From Azolla caroliniana (lineage: Eukaryota; Plantae; Polypodiophyta): a DNA stretch of 64,000 nt. The number at the start of each line of letters is the position of its first letter. The stretch's first letter is position 1. This document shows, piece after piece, positions 36,780 to 46,858 of this stretch. The position numbers and the translations under genes were made by a program. The stretch is taken from positions 42,707 through 106,706 of the forward strand of contig JBHGNT010000077.1 in assembly GCA_043228905.1 (NCBI GenBank), read 5' to 3'. Below the pieces are notes generated by a model. The model was not told where the DNA came from, did no database searches, and worked only from the letters and a program-made list of their open reading frames with translations.

Positions 36780-39700
36780 TGTTGAAAAACAGTGCTCGGC
36801 CACAACCGAGGAATAGGATCAACTCTCGAAAAAAACAGGAAATAGAGAATGCACAAAACAATAGAGAGAAAGGTACACTGGATGTTTTACGTGGAAAACC
36901 CTAAATGGGAAAAACCACGGGAGTCCTCAACCTCCAACTATCACTATGAACAGGGATGTACAATGGTGAAGCTACAAGGCAACAACCTTGAGCTCACTGT
37001 CTTCGCCACAGGCGGCGGTAATACACAGAGGCAACGACCTCTTCGTCTCTCTCTCTCTCTCTAACGGCTGCTCTCACTTCTCATGAAAAATAAGCAACAA
37101 CATAAAACTGTTTGCCCTAAGTCATATTTATACATATATGACTTTCGGGATATTTACAAATATAGCCTCAAGGGCTCTTAGCAAACATATTCACAAATAT
37201 GTCCCTGCATCCGGATCTCTCTCCGGGTACATTCGTCATCCGGCTCCGTAGCCGGGGTCTTCATCATCCGGATCCGTATCCGGGTACTCTTCATCCGGCT
37301 TCATCCGGGTACTCTTCATCATCCGGTTCCGTAACCGCAACCGGGCTTGCCGTCATTCATCTCCGGACATCCCATCCGGAGGGACCGTAATCCCAACAAA
37401 CTCCCCTTTCACTTCGGCATGGGATGTCTCTCCAATCCGATCCTCTTCCGGCATGCTTCCAGCTTGTCGGGTGTGAGCACCTTGGTCAGCATATCCGACC
37501 CGTTCTCGTCAGTGTGGATCTTCGTCAGCACGAACTCCTCGTCTTCTATCCTCTCCCGGATCCAGTGGTATCTACGCTGGATGTGTTTCGTCCGGGAATG
37601 GTAGGCCGCGTTCTTCGCAAGGTGGATGGCACTCTGACTGTCGCAGTGGAGTCGGTACTCCTCCTGTTGGATACCGAGCTCTCTAATGAAGTCCTTCATC
37701 CATATTATTTCCTTGCCGGCTTCAACAGCTGCCATGTACTCCGCCTCCGTGGTTGACAACGCAACCGTCTTCTGCAGCCTCGACTGCCACGAAACGGCTC
37801 CCCCTGCATAGGTCATCACATACCCTGATGTGGACCGGCTGGTATCTGCATCAGCCGACATATCCGAATCGGTGAAGCCGTCGAGTTGGGGCTTACCGGA
37901 GCCGAATCGGAGGCACACGTTTGCCGTGCCCTTCAGGTATCGGAGTATCCACTTGACCGCGTTCCAATGCTCTTTGCCGGGATTGCTCATGTACCGGCTC
38001 ACCACTCCGACTGCATATCCTATGTCCGGTCTCGTACACACCATGGCGTACATCAAGCTCCCGACGGCTGAGGCATACGGCACTTTCATCATATCCTCCT
38101 TTTCAGCCTTTGTCTTGGGACTTTGCTTGCTGGACAGCTTGCAGTTTGCCGGGAGGGTCGATCCGACCGGTCTTGCTTCTGACATGTTGAACCGGTGAAG
38201 CACCTTCGTCACGTACTTCTCCCGTGACAGCCACAACTGCTTCTTCTTCCGGTCCCGGATGATGTGCATCCCTAGTAATTGCCTCGCCGGACCCAGGTCC
38301 TTCATTGAGAAGGTTCGGTGAAGCGCTTTCTTCAGCATCCGTATCTTGACCTGGTCCCGTCCGACGATCAACATGTCGTCCACGTACAGGAGGAGTATTA
38401 GAGAGTCTCCTCCTTCGAACTTCTTCACAAACACGCAGTGATCGGACTGCGTTTTGTTGTACCCTTCGTCGGTCAGGAAGGAGTCGAACTTCCGGTACCA
38501 TTGCCGGGGAGCCTGCTTCAGTCCGTAAAGGCTCTTCTTCAACCGGCATACCAGGTGCTCCTTCCCTTTCTTCTCGAATCCATCCGGTTGCTGCATGTAG
38601 ATCTCTTCCTCGAGGTCACCGTGAAGGAATGCCGTCTTCACGTCCATCTGTTCTACCTCGAGGTCCATGCTTGCCGCTATGCTCAGCACCGTCCGGATGG
38701 AGGTCATCTTCACTACCGGGGCAAATATCTCGTCGAAGTCGACGCCCTTCTTCTGCTGGAACCCCTTCACCACGATCCTGGCTTTGTATCTCGGGGGGTT
38801 TCCGGCATCTCCCGGTTTCAGCTTGAACACCCACTTGTTTCGAAGTGCCCGCTTTCCTTTCGGCAACTCCACAAGTTCATATGTGTGGTTCTCATGCAGG
38901 GAATCCATCTCCTCCTGCATGGCACTTAACCACCTGCGGCTCTGGGTGTCGTGCTTTGCTTCTTCAAAGCTCTCCGGCTCCCCCTCGTCGGTTAGCAGCA
39001 CGTGCTCTGGTTCCGGAAATCTCCGGGGGGCCCTTCTCTCTCTTAGAGGATATCTCCGTTCGGGAGCTTCGGTAACCGGTTCTTCCGATTCTTCTTCTTC
39101 ATCCGAATCCATTTCGGGATCGGGGCCGGTTCCGGTATCATTTTCATCTTCTTCGGCCGGTTCTGTTTCTTCACCGTCTTCGGCCGGGTCTTCGAGTGTT
39201 AACCGGTCCCTTGCCGGTCGGGACTGCTCCTCGTAGAGTTTATCCTCACCGGTCGACTTGGAGCTCTTCATCTTCTTCTCCGACTCCCAGTCGGCGAGCG
39301 TCTTGTCCTCCATGAAGATGATATCTCGACTCCTGAATATCTTCTTGTCGACCGGGTCCCATACTCGGTAGCCGAACTCGTCGTCGCCGTAACCGAGGAA
39401 TATGCATGGCCGGGTCTTTGGATCTAACTTTCCTCTCCGGTCCTTTGCCACATGCACGTATGTGAGACACCCGAACACCTTCAGATGCCGGTAGGACACT
39501 TCCTTACCGGTCCACACTTTCTGCGGCGTGTCTCCGTCCAAAGGTACTGAGGGTGATCTATTTATCACATACGTCGCCGTCGACATTGCCTCAGCCCAAA
39601 ATCCCTTGGGTAGTTTCGCATGCGCCAGCATACTCCGGACCCTCTCCATTATGGTCCGGTTCATCCTCTCGGCCAGCCCGTTCAGTTCCGGCGTCTTCGG

Positions 39701-42135
39701 CACAGTAAACTCGAGCCGGATTCCCTTCGAGCGACAGTACTCCTGGAACTGCCCCCGGTATTCCCCTCCGTTATCCGCTCGTATCGCTTTCAGCTTCTTG
39801 CCGGATTCCCTTTCGACTCTCGCGTGAAGTTCTTTGAAGACGCACAACACTTGGTCCTTTGTCTTCAACGGTGCCGTCCACAGCTTCCGGCTGTGGTCAT
39901 CAATGAATGTCACGAAGTATTGGGCTCCGCCATGTGACTTCGTTTCTACTTGACACACGTCAGTGTGCACCAGCTCCAATGGTGCACTACGTCTCGTCGG
40001 TGGCCTTGAGTGGAAGGAGGTCCGGTTTTGCTTACCGGCCAGGCAGTCGGTGCACTTCTCCAGGTGCACATGCTTCACTGGAATAAGGTTGTCTTCTGCA
40101 AGCCTCTTCATCCCCTTCTCACTCATGTGGCACAGTCTTTTGTGCCACAGCTCACCGGCAGTGTCGGCTGCCACATTCAGCTCTTCCGGACATAACCGGG
40201 CATTCATCAGGTATAGAGTGTTGACTTTCCAGGCCCGAGCCACTATCAGGCTCCCCTTGCTGAACTTCATTACGCCGTTCCGGATGCTACCCGTGTAGCC
40301 TTCATCATCTAGCCTCCCGGCCGAGATCAGGTTCAATCGGACCTCCGGAACGTGTCGCACATCCTTCAACAGCATCTTGCATCCGGTTGATGTCATCAGC
40401 CACACGTCTCCTATACCGGCAATCCGGCATGTACCTTCATTTCCCATCCGGACAAAGCCGTGCTCACCGGCTGTGTAGGATGAGAAGTATTTCTTCTCCG
40501 GGGTCAGGTGGAACGACGCTCCGGAATCGACCACCCAGGTCATCTCTACGCCGGCAATGTTCAGCTCCCTCTCTTCGGTAATGAGCATTATCTCTTCTTC
40601 ACTTGCCGCGAGTGCCGTCGTTCCTTTCCGGTCCTGCCCTCGCCGATCCGGACCCCTCCGGTCCGTGGCTCCCCGGTATGCACCGTTTCTCTCCGGTGAC
40701 TTCTTCGAATCGGTGTCGTCGGCTCCGTTGTCTTTTCGGTAATGCCGACAATTCTTCCGGAAGTGCCCCGGCTTCCCACAGTGGAAGCACGTGGGCCTTC
40801 CTCTTGAGTGCGACCGGGTCCCCGACTTCTCCCGTCTTTGCGGACTCCGGTTCCATTGTCTTCCCCGTTCCGATTCGGTAAGCAGCGCCTTCGAGTCGGA
40901 GACCGGTTCTTTATCTCTCCGACGCGCTTCTTCGTTCAAAATACTTGTCTTTACCGTTTGTAGGGACAAGTTATCTTCCGTGCAGGAGGTGCTGAGAGTC
41001 ACCACCAAGTTCTCCCAGCTGTCCGGCAATGTACACATCAGGATGATGGCTTGCATTGCATCCTCCAATGGGAACTTGATCGCCGCAAGCTGGTTCACGA
41101 ATCCCATGAACGTGCTTACGTGTTCCACCATACTCTCGCCGTCCCGGTACTTGAGGTTCACTATCTTTCTCATCAGGGAGGTCCGGTTCAACGCATTCTT
41201 CCTCTCGTAGAGGCCCGACAGCTTCCTCCACATCTCATATGCGTTGGTGTCGTTCGCCACGTGTTGTAGAACACTCACGTCGACGTATTGCCGAATGGTT
41301 GCAACGGCTTTCCGGTTCAGAAGCCTCCACTCCGTCTCAAGTACCCCCTTGGGTATTTCCGACCTGTCGATCGGTTCATACAGGTCCCGAACAATGAGCA
41401 GATCCTCCATCTTTATTTTCCAGTCGGCGTAGTTCTGCGCGTTCAGCACCATCATGCCCGGAGGCCCACTACCGCCGCCTTCCATTTTCTGTGTTACCGT
41501 CGCTCTGATACCAATTTGTTGAAAAACAGTGCTCGGCCACAACCGAGGAATAGGATCAACTCTCGGAAAAAACAGGAAATAGAGAATGCACAAAACAATA
41601 GAGAGAAAGGTACACTGGATGTTTTACGTGGAAAACCCTAAATGGGAAAAACCACGGGAGTCCTCAACCTCCAACTATCACTATGAACAGGGATGTACAA
41701 TGGTGAAGCTACAAGGCAACAACCTTGAGCTCACTGTCTTCGCCACAGGCGGCGGTAATACACAGAGGCAACGACCTCTTCGTCTCTCTCTCTCTCTCTA
41801 ACGGCTGCTCTCACTTCTCATGAAAAATAAGCAACAACATAAAACTGTTTGCCCTAAGTCATATTTATACATATATGACTTTCGGGATATTTACAAATAT
41901 AGCCTCAAGGGCTCTTAGCAAACATATTCACAAATATGTCCCTGCATCCGGATCTCTCTCCGGGTACATTCGTCATCCGGCTCCGTAGCCGGGGTCTTCA
42001 TCATCCGGATCCGTATCCGGGTACTCTTCATCCGGCTTCATCCGGGTACTCTTCATCATCCGGTTCCGTAACCGCAACCGGGCTTGCCGTCATTCATCTC
42101 CGGACATCCCATCCGGAGGGACCGTAATCCCAACA
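36780..42135 (-). mobile_element. Intact young Ty1/Copia C1 (Tork/Tnt1-like), inserted in the 3' LTR of A
   Basis: 619-bp LTRs 36780-37398 and 41517-42135 (one substitution seen), TSD GAAAG, tRNA-iMet PBS TGGTATCAGAGC, PPT AAAGGGGAG. Confidence 0.97.
37409..41485 (-). CDS. C1 Gag-PR-INT-RT-RH polyprotein, ~1358 aa, uninterrupted
   Basis: CFHCGKPGHFRKNC, VDSGAS, WHKRLCH, HTDV, ADNGGEY, NGLAER, GKLDPK, DVKTAFL, YGLKQ, YVDD, FTDSD, SDMLTK. Confidence 0.96.
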   Translation of the reverse strand: MEGGGSGPPGMMVLNAQNYADWKIKMEDLLIVRDLYEPIDRSEIPKGVLETEWRLLNRKAVATIRQYVDVSVLQHVANDTNAYEMWRKLSGLYERKNALNRTSLMRKIVNLKYRDGESMVEHVSTFMGFVNQLAAIKFPLEDAMQAIILMCTLPDSWENLVVTLSTSCTEDNLSLQTVKTSILNEEARRRDKEPVSDSKALLTESERGRQWNRSPQRREKSGTRSHSRGRPTCFHCGKPGHFRKNCRHYRKDNGADDTDSKKSPERNGAYRGATDRRGPDRRGQDRKGTTALAASEEEIMLITEERELNIAGVEMTWVVDSGASFHLTPEKKYFSSYTAGEHGFVRMGNEGTCRIAGIGDVWLMTSTGCKMLLKDVRHVPEVRLNLISAGRLDDEGYTGSIRNGVMKFSKGSLIVARAWKVNTLYLMNARLCPEELNVAADTAGELWHKRLCHMSEKGMKRLAEDNLIPVKHVHLEKCTDCLAGKQNRTSFHSRPPTRRSAPLELVHTDVCQVETKSHGGAQYFVTFIDDHSRKLWTAPLKTKDQVLCVFKELHARVERESGKKLKAIRADNGGEYRGQFQEYCRSKGIRLEFTVPKTPELNGLAERMNRTIMERVRSMLAHAKLPKGFWAEAMSTATYVINRSPSVPLDGDTPQKVWTGKEVSYRHLKVFGCLTYVHVAKDRRGKLDPKTRPCIFLGYGDDEFGYRVWDPVDKKIFRSRDIIFMEDKTLADWESEKKMKSSKSTGEDKLYEEQSRPARDRLTLEDPAEDGEETEPAEEDENDTGTGPDPEMDSDEEEESEEPVTEAPERRYPLRERRAPRRFPEPEHVLLTDEGEPESFEEAKHDTQSRRWLSAMQEEMDSLHENHTYELVELPKGKRALRNKWVFKLKPGDAGNPPRYKARIVVKGFQQKKGVDFDEIFAPVVKMTSIRTVLSIAASMDLEVEQMDVKTAFLHGDLEEEIYMQQPDGFEKKGKEHLVCRLKKSLYGLKQAPRQWYRKFDSFLTDEGYNKTQSDHCVFVKKFEGGDSLILLLYVDDMLIVGRDQVKIRMLKKALHRTFSMKDLGPARQLLGMHIIRDRKKKQLWLSREKYVTKVLHRFNMSEARPVGSTLPANCKLSSKQSPKTKAEKEDMMKVPYASAVGSLMYAMVCTRPDIGYAVGVVSRYMSNPGKEHWNAVKWILRYLKGTANVCLRFGSGKPQLDGFTDSDMSADADTSRSTSGYVMTYAGGAVSWQSRLQKTVALSTTEAEYMAAVEAGKEIIWMKDFIRELGIQQEEYRLHCDSQSAIHLAKNAAYHSRTKHIQRRYHWIRERIEDEEFVLTKIHTDENGSDMLTKVLTPDKLEACRKRIGLERHPMPK

Positions 42136-42585
42136 GAAAGGGGATCGCGCGCTAGAGGGAACGAAGTGCTGTCGGACTGGGACCGAGCTCGTCTTCTCTG
42201 TCGTTCTCCATAGCCTTCTTTTGCACAGGCTCTCAGGAGGCTGATTCTGCTTCGTGGAACGCCCGTGTGCTTCAGGCAGAATCTCCATCTCGCTCTTCTG
42301 TTTGTGTGAGTGAACAGGCTTCGGTGTTCGCCTTGTCGTCCTATTAGTTGTAACCATCTCGATATATATACTTATATTAATATACATACGTGTTCATATA
42401 CTCGGACTTTTAGTCGTTTCGTTTTGCTGTGTTGTTGGACTGTGATTCCTATGTGCTCCCGTGTCTGTGCGTGTGTAAGAGCGTCCGTTTCCTTTCCGCT
42501 CTCCTCCTTCTCAGCTATTTCTCGGTTCAAGACCCCGGTGGTCCCGCCTTGTTCCCCACGCACGCGCGTAACAACGCGACAACGC

Positions 42586-43920
42586 TCGATGCGAATGTTG
42601 TTATGGAAAAGAAAAAGGAAAAGTGCATTGTCATGGTTGGCATGGGATCATGTTTGTACTCCGAAATGTCTTGGTGGGGCATCAATATTGAATCTATATG
42701 AGCATATGGTGGCTTGTCGATTTACTTTCATTCGATTCATGTTTGACGGTGTACAACCTTGGACAGAAATGGTGGCATACTTTATAGAGAAGAACGGAAT
42801 AAAGCTTGGAAACACGAAGGTTGAAGCGAATTGGTGGCATGTAATTAATTCTAACAGGGATGTCAAATGTACAGGGTCTATGATAGTTAATCATTTGTTG
42901 ACATCTTGGCAAAGTATGTTGGATTTTGTGGAATGGCATCCCCCACAAGAAAGGGGATGTGTCAATTCATTACAAATGGAGGTTTTGGCAACATCAAGGT
43001 TGTTGAGGTGGGAAGGTAAACAAATTCTTAACCTTCAATTTAATCGGATGGCTAGATTGGGTTTGGTAAGAGTTAAGGATGTTATGTTGGTTTCACAAAG
43101 AAGATTAATGGCTTTTCGAACAATAAGATCAACATTTTGTATTCCAAAAGGTTATAACTTTATTTGGGATAAGTTGCAACAAATACTATCTTCGCATGAG
43201 CCAATTCCTGATTTAGATGGGCGATCTCAAGAGCTTGATTGGAGGTTTGTTGGAAATAAGAGATTGACTATGATCTCAACAAATGTTGCTTATCACAAGT
43301 TGATTGACAAACATAAGTGGTTGGAAGAAAGGGTTATAAAGATATGGGGTTTTCATAAGCCCATTACTTGGTGGTTTCATGTGATCAAGGCAGGTTGGTG
43401 TTCTCGATTGATGCTACGAGCCAAGGTATTTATTTGGAGAGTTATGGTTGGAGCTTTACCATTAGGGGATGCATTAAAAAGAAGAAACATTACTAAAGGA
43501 TTGTGTTTCTTTTGTTCGGTGGAATTGGAACATAGTAGGCATTGATTTATTTCATGTCCGATGGCAAGGATGGTTTGGAGGTGTATTAGTTTAGTGTGGA
43601 TGTCTCTAACAAGAGTAAGTCTATCTTCCTTCAGTTGGGTTTTTGCACATATGGAGAACAATGAACCGATGCCTCATTTTCAAATTATTTTTGAGTTCTT
43701 GAGGTATTGGGGGCTATGGTTCAATTGGAATATGTGGAATGCCTTCATTTTTTATTCGCAAGTTGGGGTGAGAAAATATGTTCTAAAGTTAAAAGGACTT
43801 ATTTTGTGGCAATTGACAATGCTAGAGAAGTCACAAAATCTCAACCAGGAAGAGAGAGAACTCTGCAAGGTCACATATCATCATATTCGCCATTTGAATT
43901 GGTGTGTAGGGTGGCATTAA
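42586..43920 (+). pseudogene. LINE-a ORF2 3' part (zf-RVT / CCHC tail)
   Basis: Removing A and one ACGC restores in-frame MLSR|SMRMLLW. Motifs WDHVCTPKCLGG, KVFIWR, CFFC...EH..H*F.SC. Confidence 0.9.
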
Positions 43921-45248
43921 GTTTGGTGTCATAGTGTTCTTTAGATCCCTAAATAGAAGGGGTTCTATAGTTTATTGTAAGTTAGTCATGGTGGTGTTTT
44001 TTCTTTTGTAATGAAAGCCATTATTTACGAAAAAAAGAGAGTGGGAGGGAGAGCTTGTACAATGTATACTATATAGTATATAGTGAATCATCTTAGAGAG
44101 AGGGAGAGAGAGAGAGAGGGAGGGAGGGAGGGAGGGAGGGAGGGAGGGAGGGAGGTTTGCAAAACCAATTTGTGAACTGGATCGGTTCAGGTTTGAGATC
44201 CCATAAACGGTTTAGGCTTAGCCGGTTTGGCTTGGATCAGGCCAAACCGGCTAAGCCTAAACCGAATCGTTGTCGATCCCTAGGCCCATCTACCAACTGA
44301 GCTAATGTCCTATCATGATGGTCCCCTTGACCCTACCAAGAAGGTTGCAACATCGATAACTCACCCCATTATTCATCCCTCAAGATCCAAGGCATGGTTT
44401 TGGCTCACCGTCATTCCCACTCTTGGAATAGTGATTATCAGACCAAGTGATGAAAAAACATTAACTCTCCCTAAAAAGGGGCAATTGTAACTTCCAATAC
44501 ATCAACCTTGTTATAACTTTGTTATAGTCACTACCCATGTTAGCAACCTCTTTAACTTTGTTATAGTCATATTTTAAATCAAGGTGATGCCTCAATCATG
44601 ACTTCACAAGAATCCCATAATATACCAAAAACCATCCAAAGAATACAACTTTTTTAGGAATTTGCATGGCCCATAGCCATTTCCAATAAGCATCCAACCA
44701 AGAGTCTTACATTACTTGATCTCCAAAATCTATGAGCCACTAGCACAACACCCACCTCCTTAATAATTCTTTACCCATTTTTACAGAGTACTGAAAAAAA
44801 GGGAATTGCTTACCTAGTATTCCTTGCGCTAATATGATTTGCCATTTCCACTCACTTGAATCCCACAGAATGTGGTCCATGGACTTATTCTCATAAACCC
44901 ACAATTCAGATAAATTATTTATATCATTCGGATGTGGATTCAATATCTATTTTTTACCGTTCTTCCACGATATACGAATAAGCAACATACTCTATTGAGT
45001 TACAACATCATCTTCCATAAAGATAGAATCAAACCATCCAAAATGAAAACATTGAAATAAAGACATTCATGAGGGTTTTTATAGCCCATGATCCCCAACA
45101 AGACATGTAAGGATGAAAACATACCATACCAAAATAGACAAAATTGAGAAGGTTGAAAGGAAGAAATCATAAACACTCTATCCATCTCAGAATACATAAT
45201 GTTCCCTCCCCAAATTGTTCTACAAACATGATTTTTGTTTTTTATCGA

Positions 45249-46858
45249 TGACATGATGGATTCCGACCATAGAGAGAAAGGGAGCCGGAGAGCGCAGGAA
45301 TAGGGGTGTGGATGGATGCACACAAAGGTTGTCTCTATGCACAATATGTGCAAATAACGTAGGACTGGTAAGTACTAGGGGATAGGGTTTTGATGGGTAC
45401 TTTAATATCCCACACGTATAGAGAAGAATAATAGTGATAGATAAGAGGAAATCAAGGAGAAAATCAAGGAGGAAAAGCAGTTGTAGTAAAAGCTTGATGT
45501 AACGGTCTTCCTCTCCTTGCGCTATAAAAGGAAGGGATAAGACTGAGGAGGGTATCAACGTTTTGGGAGGACGAAGTGAAGACTTTGGCCTTCCCGATCT
45601 CTGTTTATGTCGTCATGATGTGAGACCTCCGTTTCGCGTTGGTAGCCCCTGTGCACCCCATCGAAGGCTTGTTATCGTGCGTACGTGTGTGTGAGGAGCT
45701 CGAATCTCTGTTGCCGGCCATGTCCGGTTGTACTCTTTCTGGTTCTCTGTTAATCATTAGTATTTTGTTGAGTCTCTTCTTGTGTTCGGATATTTTCGAG
45801 TTGTTCCCACTTATTGCATGTTCGTCGCGCCCCGTGCTCATGTTCTTATCCCCGTTTTGTTTTTGTTGCGTGTGCACGTCCAAGTCTGTGAGCCCGTGAG
45901 CTTATCGCTGATATCCGACATATGGTCCAAAACAATACACATATCAGAGACCGTGCACTCACTGTTTCGGATCGGATACGTTGTCGTGAAGATTCCGGGC
46001 CATAGGTGGAAACAATGTGAAACATGCAGGAACACTGGTGTGCACAAATGCATACCCCTAGTGAATTAAATAGTGTAAGTACTAGGCATAGGTAGAAAGA
46101 GGTGTACTAGGTAGTTAAGGCATTAATAGGGATTCAGACATTGCGTAAGGAGGGAGAGTTACATGGAGAGCAAATAAGGGGGAAGAATCTAGGAAGGGAA
46201 AGCGACAGGTCATGAATGCTCTTTAACGGTCGCTCCTTGTGCTATAAAAGGGGCGACCTTTGACCATTTTAGGGATGTCATCTAGAGAGGAGGGGAGATG
46301 AGGAGTCCTACGACGGAACACCGGAAGGCGCTTCCCCTGCTCGCGCCAGACGCCTGAGTTCTCCCGACTAGGGGATCGACCTTCTGCATGCCTACGTATC
46401 TTTGTATCTAACTATTGTAGAGCTCTACGCTCTATCACCGGCACTGATCCGGTTGTAATCACCCACAGCGCCACACACATGTTTTGATTAATAGAAACTT
46501 ATCTACCTAACACAAGTTGTTCTTAGCATCTCTGTCTACGCCTGTGTCTACACACGATCCTCTTACACACACACTCTCTCTCTTGTTTCGCTAACCTTCT
46601 CTATTTAACCACGATCTCAGGGCTTACATAAACCACAAACTCTTCTTCCTACTTCTTGATTCCTTGGTTCAAGACCCCCGTGGTCCTGCCCAACTTCTAC
46701 GCATCCGCGAGGATTTTCTCGACAACGTGTCCGGAAACCGATCTGGCGGAGCTTTCCGAACGTCAATCCGGACCACCTTTCTTCTCTCACCGGCTCCTCG
46801 GTCCAAGACCCCGGTGGTCCCGCCCTCTTCCAACACGTACGCGCGGATTTCCGCAACA
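45249..46858 (+). mobile_element. Solo LTR of the Trp-primed Gypsy group (~860 bp), hosting a second solo LTR
   Basis: TGACATGA... start, TATA, U5 motif CAAGACCCCGGTGGTCC, end ...GCAACA. TCGA flanks both sides, with 3 extra nt on the right. Confidence 0.72.
45982..46724 (+). mobile_element. Solo LTR of the Trp-primed Gypsy group
   Basis: TGTCGTGAAGA...CTCGACA, TATA, U5 motif CAAGACCCCGTGGTCC-like, exact TSD ACGT. Confidence 0.9.

Larger units (their letters stand above)
14802..42581 (+). mobile_element. Ty3/Gypsy element A (non-chromovirus, tRNA-Trp PBS, Phygy-like); internally deleted, hosts B, D and C1
   Basis: LTRs 14802-15488 and 36534-42581 (3' LTR split by C1), TG...CA ends, TSD ACGC, PBS TGGTGAACCCGACATGA at 15493, PPT AGGTGGGGGCGGA. 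gag at 15532-15594 and 26311-27800; RH remnant and INT at 27801-28834 and 35818-36457, with stops. Confidence 0.92.
9897..44036 (+). mobile_element. Full-length L1-clade LINE (LINE-a), interrupted in ORF2 by Gypsy A
   Basis: ORF1 plus ORF2, A-tail at 44030-44036, candidate TSD AGAGAGTGGGAG at 9885-9896 and 44036-44047. The 5' boundary is inferred from this TSD. Confidence 0.85.
9721..44282. mobile_element. Non-autonomous hAT DNA transposon (~410 bp empty) inflated to 34.6 kb by nested insertions
   Basis: TIRs TAGGGATCGGCAACG (9721) and CGTTGTCGATCCCTA (to 44282). 8-bp TSD GACCCATC (9713-9720) / GGCCCATC (44283-44290). Subterminal AAACCG/GGCTTAGCC repeats at both ends. No transposase. Confidence 0.88.

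Noticed and set aside
42310-42585. N-terminal part of the 411-aa ORF as a novel fusion gene
   Set aside because: Chance read-through from the A LTR into interrupted LINE ORF2, starting at GTG.
44283-44310. Functional tRNA gene
   Set aside because: Only the D-arm/A-box is good; no cloverleaf can be built and the hAT interrupts it.
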